The position numbers and the translations under genes are program-made. From positions 1 to 64,000 of IMG/VR virus record IMGVR_UViG_3300035396_001032: 64,000 bases of DNA, one strand, 5' to 3'. The DNA is from a virus (Duplodnaviria; Caudoviricetes). The notes beneath the pieces were generated by a model that was not told where the DNA came from, did no database searches, and saw only the letters and a list, made by a program, of their open reading frames with translations. This document shows, one piece after another, positions 59,204-64,000 of the stretch (positions are counted from its first letter, which is position 1; the number at the start of each line of letters is the position of its first letter).

Positions 59204-59242
59204 ATTTGCCTTAAAACCTTTGTTTTGAGGCAAATTTTTTTT
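59204..59242 (+). terminator. Rho-independent terminator
   Basis: ATTTGCCTTAAAAC-CTTT-GTTTTGAGGCAAAT plus a T run. Confidence 0.75.
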
Positions 59243-59249
59243 ATATTTG
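59219..59249 (+). promoter_or_regulatory. Bacteroidota primary-sigma promoter for the primase operon
   Basis: TTTG at 59219-59222, 19-nt spacer, TATATTTG at 59242-59249; ATG at 59255. Confidence 0.75.
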
Positions 59250-59254
59250 TCACT

Positions 59255-60325
59255 ATGATAAGGGGACAAGAATTTCATTCGATAGTTCAGAACGTCTTTG
59301 GTGATGTGAATGGTCTCATGCAATCCGAACAATTGCAGGTTAACTGTCCTCATTGTCAGGAACGAGAAGGACTTGCATATCCTGATGGGAAATTTAATCT
59401 TGAAATCAACACTGCCAAAAGAATGTTTAGGTGTTGGAAGTGTGATGAACCAAGATTTTCAGGCTCATTAGGAAAACTTGTCAGAATGTTTGGTAGTCGT
59501 ATTGATTACGAAATGTATAAGTCATATGCAGGAATTTATCGTGATTATGATTACGTTGGTGACGATGATGAAGTAGAAACACTTCATGTTCACCTACCCG
59601 AAGAAATGATTTTATTTTCACAAATGGAAGCAGGTAATGCTGAACATTTTGCTGCTTATAATTACATGGTGAATGACAGAAAAATATCAAGAGATATCAT
59701 ATTAAGATATCGGCTTGGTTTTTGTACTACTGGAAAGTATGCTGAAAGAGTAATAATTCCATCATATGATAAATATGGTGATGTTAATTATTTTGTCGGC
59801 AGATATTATGGAAATGACCTGAAAATTAAAAAGAAACTACCATATCTTAATCCACAGGCAGATAAAGATGCGATTATTTTTAATGAAGGTCTTGTTAATT
59901 GGGACTCTACTGTATACCTTGTTGAAGGTGCGTTTGAAATGTTAAGTTTTCCTGTGAATATTATTCCAATATTGGGAAAAACATTATCAACCACATTGTT
60001 TTTAAAATTGCAAGAACTAAAACCTGATGTCGTTGTGTTGTTAGACCCTGATGCCTACAAAAATGCTGTCGAACTCTATTATACGTTATACACTATTTAT
60101 GTGGGTTGTGAGGAAAGAGTTAAACTGGTTAAAATCCCAAGCGAAAAAGATTTAGATGACCTTCGTAAAAAACAAGGTATTGATGAAGTTATTAAAAGTC
60201 TTTATACTGCAAGAGGTTTAACTGTTGACGATTACTTTATTAAAAAGTTGGATAAACCGTATGATAAACGAGCAGGAAGATATCAATCTTATTCAAAGTA
60301 TTTTGAATGGGAATCACCACGCTGA
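59255..60325 (+). CDS. DnaG-type DNA primase (Zn finger + TOPRIM)
   Basis: CPHC...CWKC zinc finger; RVIIPSYD; LVEGAFE and LLDPDA TOPRIM motifs; start at ATG 59255. Confidence 0.9.
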   Translation: MIRGQEFHSIVQNVFGDVNGLMQSEQLQVNCPHCQEREGLAYPDGKFNLEINTAKRMFRCWKCDEPRFSGSLGKLVRMFGSRIDYEMYKSYAGIYRDYDYVGDDDEVETLHVHLPEEMILFSQMEAGNAEHFAAYNYMVNDRKISRDIILRYRLGFCTTGKYAERVIIPSYDKYGDVNYFVGRYYGNDLKIKKKLPYLNPQADKDAIIFNEGLVNWDSTVYLVEGAFEMLSFPVNIIPILGKTLSTTLFLKLQELKPDVVVLLDPDAYKNAVELYYTLYTIYVGCEERVKLVKIPSEKDLDDLRKKQGIDEVIKSLYTARGLTVDDYFIKKLDKPYDKRAGRYQSYSKYFEWESPR

Positions 60326-60932
60326 AGAAGTATTTTTCAATAAATATCAAAAAATAGTTAAGAATTATATTAGAGGTAAGTTTACGAAAATTAATAGTGA
60401 TGACCTTGATGATTGTGTCTCAGAGATTTTAATTAAAACGTTTCAATATCTTAGCAAATACGATAAAGAAAAGTCAAGCGTTAAGACTTGGGTGTTAGTT
60501 ATAGCTAAACACTACTTAATTGATAGGTGGCGTAGCAATACTGCGGTTTCTGCATCAACTGGTACACATACCTTTACGATATCAACAGACACAGCATTTG
60601 ACATAGGAAGTACATCATCAAATAGTGGGTTTATCGCAAGCACATCAAATAGTGGTTTTATCACTGCCAGTAACGTTAATAATTTAGCATTTACTGCAAA
60701 TAATACATTCACTTCCAGCAACAATTCTTTCGAAAACTGTAGTGCAATTAATTATATCTCAACACAGATTTCTCCAACAGATTTTACACTTTTGGATATG
60801 AAATACGTTCAGGGTTATGACTATAATGAAATCGGTAAAGAGTTTAACGTTACAAGTTCTACAATCAGCAATAGGGTTAACTATATTAAAACCAAGTTGA
60901 AAAAAAATTATTCTGAGATAATTTACGACTAA
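60261..60932 (+). CDS. ECF-type sigma factor with low-complexity linker
   Basis: EDINLIQSILNGN..AEEVFFNKY; region 2 DDCVSEILIK...SSVKTWVLVIAKH.LID; region 4 YVQGYDYNEIG.EFNV..STIS; ATG 60261 overlaps the primase by 65 nt. Confidence 0.85.
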   Translation: MINEQEDINLIQSILNGNHHAEEVFFNKYQKIVKNYIRGKFTKINSDDLDDCVSEILIKTFQYLSKYDKEKSSVKTWVLVIAKHYLIDRWRSNTAVSASTGTHTFTISTDTAFDIGSTSSNSGFIASTSNSGFITASNVNNLAFTANNTFTSSNNSFENCSAINYISTQISPTDFTLLDMKYVQGYDYNEIGKEFNVTSSTISNRVNYIKTKLKKNYSEIIYD

Positions 60933-60937
60933 ATCAA

Positions 60938-60945
60938 GTATTTAT
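60938..60945 (+). promoter_or_regulatory. Putative phage late promoter motif GTATTTAT
   Basis: Intergenic; 25 nt before the ATG at 60963. Confidence 0.65.
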
Positions 60946-60962
60946 AGAAAATATTTGACGCA

Positions 60963-62330
60963 ATGGGAAAACAGGGCATATTTGAATACGTTAATATACA
61001 GAAACAAGAACGTAAAAAACCGAATGGTGATTCATATTTTTCATATGTTCTTGTATCAAAAAATCCAAATGAGGTAAAAGCATTCTACCCAACATTAAAA
61101 AGACTTGGGTTTAGGGAAATTAGAGATAAGAGAACTGGAAAATCAATATTATTTAAATACGATAGAGAATTTAGCGATAAAGATTGGGAAGCAATTAAAA
61201 ATTTTAATGCTGAATTAGAAGCAAATGGTGGTCAGACAGACGACATCCAAGTATTCATATCAGAATTGGAACAACTTAGAGCAGAGATTGAAGCAGCACG
61301 AATACCATTAAAAACAAAAACTGAACTTGAATTAAAACTTGAAGATTATATTGAAAAAATAGCAAATGGTGTTGAAGATGAAACTGCCGATGCAATTCTT
61401 CAACAATTCATTGCATTCTCAAGTAAATTTCATGATTATAGTGCAAAAAACATCATTTTAATTTATTTACAAAAGCCTGATGCAACAAGGATTGCAGCAA
61501 AAAGCGTGTGGAATAAAATGGGTCGTCAAGTTAATGTAAATGCTGCAATTACAATTAATTGTGTAAATAAGTATTATAAATTACCTAATGGTAAATCTAT
61601 TGAATATAAACTTGAAGACCAAAAAAAAGATAGAGAATATTTAAAAAAACCTGCACACTTACAATCACAAGAAATGTTGCGTCAGATTAGAATGAGGAAA
61701 AATTATACGTTAGGTCCTTTCAACGCATGCCCAGTATTTGATATTTCAGACACGCATGGTGCTGATGTTCCAGAAGAGCAAAAATGGACAAGTACTAATG
61801 ATAATAATGCTGATGCAAACACATTGTTTGATATTGCTAAGAAAAGTCTTGAAAGTATTGGAATAAGAGTTACACAAGACCCTGCAACTGCAGGTGAAAC
61901 TGGTTGGAGTAGAAATGGACAAATAAATGTAAGTCAAGACGTTACTGGCAGTAATGCAGCAGCGACTATTTTTAAAGAATGGGCAAGTGATTTATTATAT
62001 AATACGACCAATGTTACACCCGAAACTGATTTTGGACAAAAAGCAATTAAATATTTGGAAGATAAGGGTGATTTAACAAATGCTGAAGTAAAAGTTATTA
62101 AGGCAATTCAAGCAGAAGCAATTGCAGCAGCAGTTTGTAAACATTATAATTTACCTGCACCATCAGTTACATCAAAGTTTAAAACATTAACACAAACAAG
62201 TGGTGGCATGTCAATTAAACAAATTATAAACGAAAATCTTTCCACATTAACTGGCGTGGGTAGTTATATTGTATCGCAAATCGAAGATTATAACAATCCA
62301 AATCGAAGTAGACAATCTAATTATGAATAA
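60963..62330 (+). CDS. ArdC-like ssDNA-binding domain protein with degenerate metallopeptidase domain
   Basis: FSSKFHDYSAKNIILIYLQKPDATRIAAKSVWNKMGRQV and PVFDISDT; the position expected for HExxH reads FKEWAS, followed later by AEAIAAAVC. Confidence 0.75.
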   Translation: MGKQGIFEYVNIQKQERKKPNGDSYFSYVLVSKNPNEVKAFYPTLKRLGFREIRDKRTGKSILFKYDREFSDKDWEAIKNFNAELEANGGQTDDIQVFISELEQLRAEIEAARIPLKTKTELELKLEDYIEKIANGVEDETADAILQQFIAFSSKFHDYSAKNIILIYLQKPDATRIAAKSVWNKMGRQVNVNAAITINCVNKYYKLPNGKSIEYKLEDQKKDREYLKKPAHLQSQEMLRQIRMRKNYTLGPFNACPVFDISDTHGADVPEEQKWTSTNDNNADANTLFDIAKKSLESIGIRVTQDPATAGETGWSRNGQINVSQDVTGSNAAATIFKEWASDLLYNTTNVTPETDFGQKAIKYLEDKGDLTNAEVKVIKAIQAEAIAAAVCKHYNLPAPSVTSKFKTLTQTSGGMSIKQIINENLSTLTGVGSYIVSQIEDYNNPNRSRQSNYE

Positions 62331-62333
62331 TAA

Positions 62334-62360
62334 AAAAAGGCATCTAAATGATGCCTTTTT
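62334..62360. terminator. Bidirectional intrinsic terminator
   Basis: AAAAAGGCATC-TAAAT-GATGCCTTTTT between convergent genes. Confidence 0.85.
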
Positions 62361-62379
62361 GTTTCTGGGACTTTTAGAA

Positions 62380-62793
62380 TTACTTAATTTCAATTGTTTT
62401 CTTACCTAACTTCGTATTGTCCTCAAGTTTTGGTATAGTTATTTTGAGTATCCCGTCAATTAACGAAGCATCGATTTTTTCTTTATCAACATTATCTGGA
62501 AGTTTGAAAGACCTTTCATATTTTCCAAAATACGTTTCTTTACGATTATATTTTACGTCTTTACTTTCTTTACGTTCAGCATTAATCTTCAACATATTTT
62601 TTTCAATGTCAATGCTGATGTCTTCTTTTTTTAAGCCAGCCAATAATAATTCGATTTGAAACTCTTTCTCGTTTTCAATCACGTCATGTACTGGCGTTTT
62701 TGCCATTGTATCCATTTCAGAAAGTTCAAATAAATCATCAAGAATTGATGTAAATAAATTAATTGATGGTGATGTGTGTCTAATAGTTATCAT
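62380..62793 (-). CDS. hsp20: Small heat-shock protein (Hsp20/alpha-crystallin)
   Basis: DVIENEKEFQIELLLAGLKKEDISI...YFGKYERSFKLPDNVD...ASLIDGILKITIPK. ATG at 62793 preferred over GTG 62826 given the promoter position. Confidence 0.95.
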   Translation of the reverse strand: MITIRHTSPSINLFTSILDDLFELSEMDTMAKTPVHDVIENEKEFQIELLLAGLKKEDISIDIEKNMLKINAERKESKDVKYNRKETYFGKYERSFKLPDNVDKEKIDASLIDGILKITIPKLEDNTKLGKKTIEIK

Positions 62794-62832
62794 AATTTTT
62801 GTTTTAATAATAATGTTATTTTTCACATATAG

Positions 62833-62848
62833 TTCAAATTCAGTACCA
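62833..62848 (-). promoter_or_regulatory. Sigma54-like -24/-12 promoter for hsp20
   Basis: The minus strand reads TGGTACTGAATTTGAA versus consensus TGGCAC-N5-TTGCW; GG and TTG are correctly spaced. Confidence 0.55.
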
Positions 62849-62858
62849 TTGCTGATTA

Positions 62859-62875
62859 TCTGACAACTTGTCAGA
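62859..62875. promoter_or_regulatory. Perfect inverted repeat, putative operator
   Basis: TCTGACAA-C-TTGTCAGA. Confidence 0.65.
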
Positions 62876-62918
62876 AAAAATCATAGTATTTAAACAAAAT
62901 TGTCATAGTAAAAAAGTC

Positions 62919-62949
62919 TTGCATATTCGGATGATTTTAAATATATTTG
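62919..62949 (+). promoter_or_regulatory. Bacteroidota primary-sigma promoter
   Basis: TTG at 62919-62921, 20-nt spacer, TATATTTG at 62942-62949; ATG at 62966. Confidence 0.7.
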
Positions 62950-62965
62950 TGAAAAAATATAATAC

Positions 62966-64000
62966 ATGATAAAAAAGATTGCACACCTTGCAGATATACA
63001 CATCCGTAAAACACCCACACGCAATGCCGAATATGAAATTGTATTCAAAAACTTAATAGAATCCCTCACCAATGAAAAACCAGATAGAATAGTAATTGAT
63101 GGTGACTTGGTTCACGACTACCTTGACCTTCAGGGTGAACAACTAATACTTGCTTCAAATTTTCTCAACGAATTAAGTATGATTGCACCAGTGAGGGTGA
63201 CCAGAGGTAATCATGATTGCCGTAAGAAGAATCTGAATCGTGTTGATAGTGTTAAAGCTATTGTTGAAACCCTACATAATCCAAGAGTAATTTATTATGA
63301 ATCAACAGGTTTCTTCGATGACGATAATGTGACTTGGGCAGTATGGCATCATGGGGAAAAAAATAATAATCCTTGGAAGTCTAAGGATGGTAAAAATATT
63401 CTTGCAAATCCTAATCATTATTATGCCATTGACTTATTTCATGACCCTATCACTGGTTGTAAATCTACCACTGGTTTTGAAATGAAAAGTAAGTCATATT
63501 ACAAGATTTCTGACTTCAAGGGAACTCTTTCGATGTTCGGTGATATTCATCGCATGCAATTTTTAGATAAAGCTCAAACCAAAGCATATTGTGGCTCATT
63601 AATCGCACAAGATTTTTCAGAAGGTGATGATAACTTTCATGGTTATCTTATGTGGGATATTCAGACCAAGGTTGCTGAAATGATACCAATAAAGAATGAT
63701 TATTCCTTCAAGAATGTATTACTCACACCATATACAGATTTTGACGATTTAGATTTCGAAATAGATAGTCCTACTAACCACATGAAAGTTCGATTTATCT
63801 GGGGCACTTTACCACAAACACGCACAAAGGATAATGAAAGAAAGGCTATTGCGTACATTAAATCCAAACACCAGAATTTAACCATTTCTCACAAGAATGA
63901 GTTTATTGAAAACGAAAAGATTGTTGTTAATGAAAGCATTACATTGCAAAATGTAACTGATAAGGGAGTGCAACATGAGATTTTTAAAGAGTTTTTAATT
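62966..64000 (+). CDS. Mre11/SbcD-like (T4 gp47-like) recombination nuclease; 3'-truncated by the window edge
   Basis: Not in the ORF track because it has no stop. My translation: MIKKIAHLADIH...IDGDLVH...RGNHD...FGDIHR...YCGSLIAQDFSEG; the frame is open to 64000. Confidence 0.9.
   Translation, partial: MIKKIAHLADIHIRKTPTRNAEYEIVFKNLIESLTNEKPDRIVIDGDLVHDYLDLQGEQLILASNFLNELSMIAPVRVTRGNHDCRKKNLNRVDSVKAIVETLHNPRVIYYESTGFFDDDNVTWAVWHHGEKNNNPWKSKDGKNILANPNHYYAIDLFHDPITGCKSTTGFEMKSKSYYKISDFKGTLSMFGDIHRMQFLDKAQTKAYCGSLIAQDFSEGDDNFHGYLMWDIQTKVAEMIPIKNDYSFKNVLLTPYTDFDDLDFEIDSPTNHMKVRFIWGTLPQTRTKDNERKAIAYIKSKHQNLTISHKNEFIENEKIVVNESITLQNVTDKGVQHEIFKEFLI

Noticed and set aside
57149-62826. ORF-track starts at 57149, 59201, 60225 and 62826 (also 21071)
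   Set aside because: They overlap promoter or terminator elements or extend too far into neighbours; the ATGs at 57191, 59255, 60261, 62793 and 21101 fit better.
1-64000. Stop-codon reassignment as in some large gut phages
   Set aside because: Code 11 gives long, intact, tightly packed ORFs; TAG ends the HAD gene (37884-37886) and TGA ends polB (27776-27778) at sensible boundaries.
1-64000. tRNA, rRNA or other structured RNA genes
   Set aside because: Intergenic gaps are short and accounted for by terminators and promoters; I found no cloverleaf.
1-64000. Origin as a eukaryotic giant virus or a bacterial chromosome
   Set aside because: Contractile-tail baseplate genes, a sigma factor, bacterial promoters, intrinsic terminators and the absence of housekeeping operons point to a tailed phage.

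Overview
A 64-kb slice of a large, AT-rich tailed dsDNA phage genome (jumbo myovirus-like, with T4 gp25/gp6-type baseplate genes, family-B DNA polymerase, SNF2 helicase, primase, RuvC-like resolvase and Mre11/SbcD-like nuclease). It is read in the standard code, and every supported gene but one (hsp20) is on the + strand. The host is probably Bacteroidota: four TTG-N19/20-TAnnTTTG promoters, A-rich starts without Shine-Dalgarno sequences, and Bacteroidota-style receiver, ECF and FN3 domains. Layout: 1-21.9 kb tail-fibre, adhesin and beta-propeller cluster; 21.9-27.8 kb helicase and polymerase; 27.8-39.5 kb non-structural enzymes (Nudix, WYL, tandem kinases, homing endonuclease, CCA-adding enzyme fused to a 2H phosphoesterase, HAD phosphatase, receiver, ParB-like); 39.6-43.4 kb glycosyltransferase block; 43.5-55.8 kb baseplate and tail; 55.9-64 kb resolvase, primase, sigma, ArdC-like, hsp20 and Mre11. 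Main leads: (1) a tRNA 3'-end repair module (CCA-2H fusion plus HAD); (2) an intergenic GTATTTAT motif, usually 23-25 nt before start codons, that looks like a phage late promoter; (3) late-motif-driven enzymes with [ILVM]-x-E motifs at domain boundaries, suggesting capsid-packaged, protease-cleaved injected cargo; (4) a pervasive [S/T]-G-x-T motif in virion proteins alongside two glycosyltransferases, suggesting virion glycosylation; (5) Cys-rich patches in fibre tips; (6) an hsp20 gene with a sigma54-like promoter and a perfect palindrome. All family assignments come from motif recognition by eye; no database search was run.
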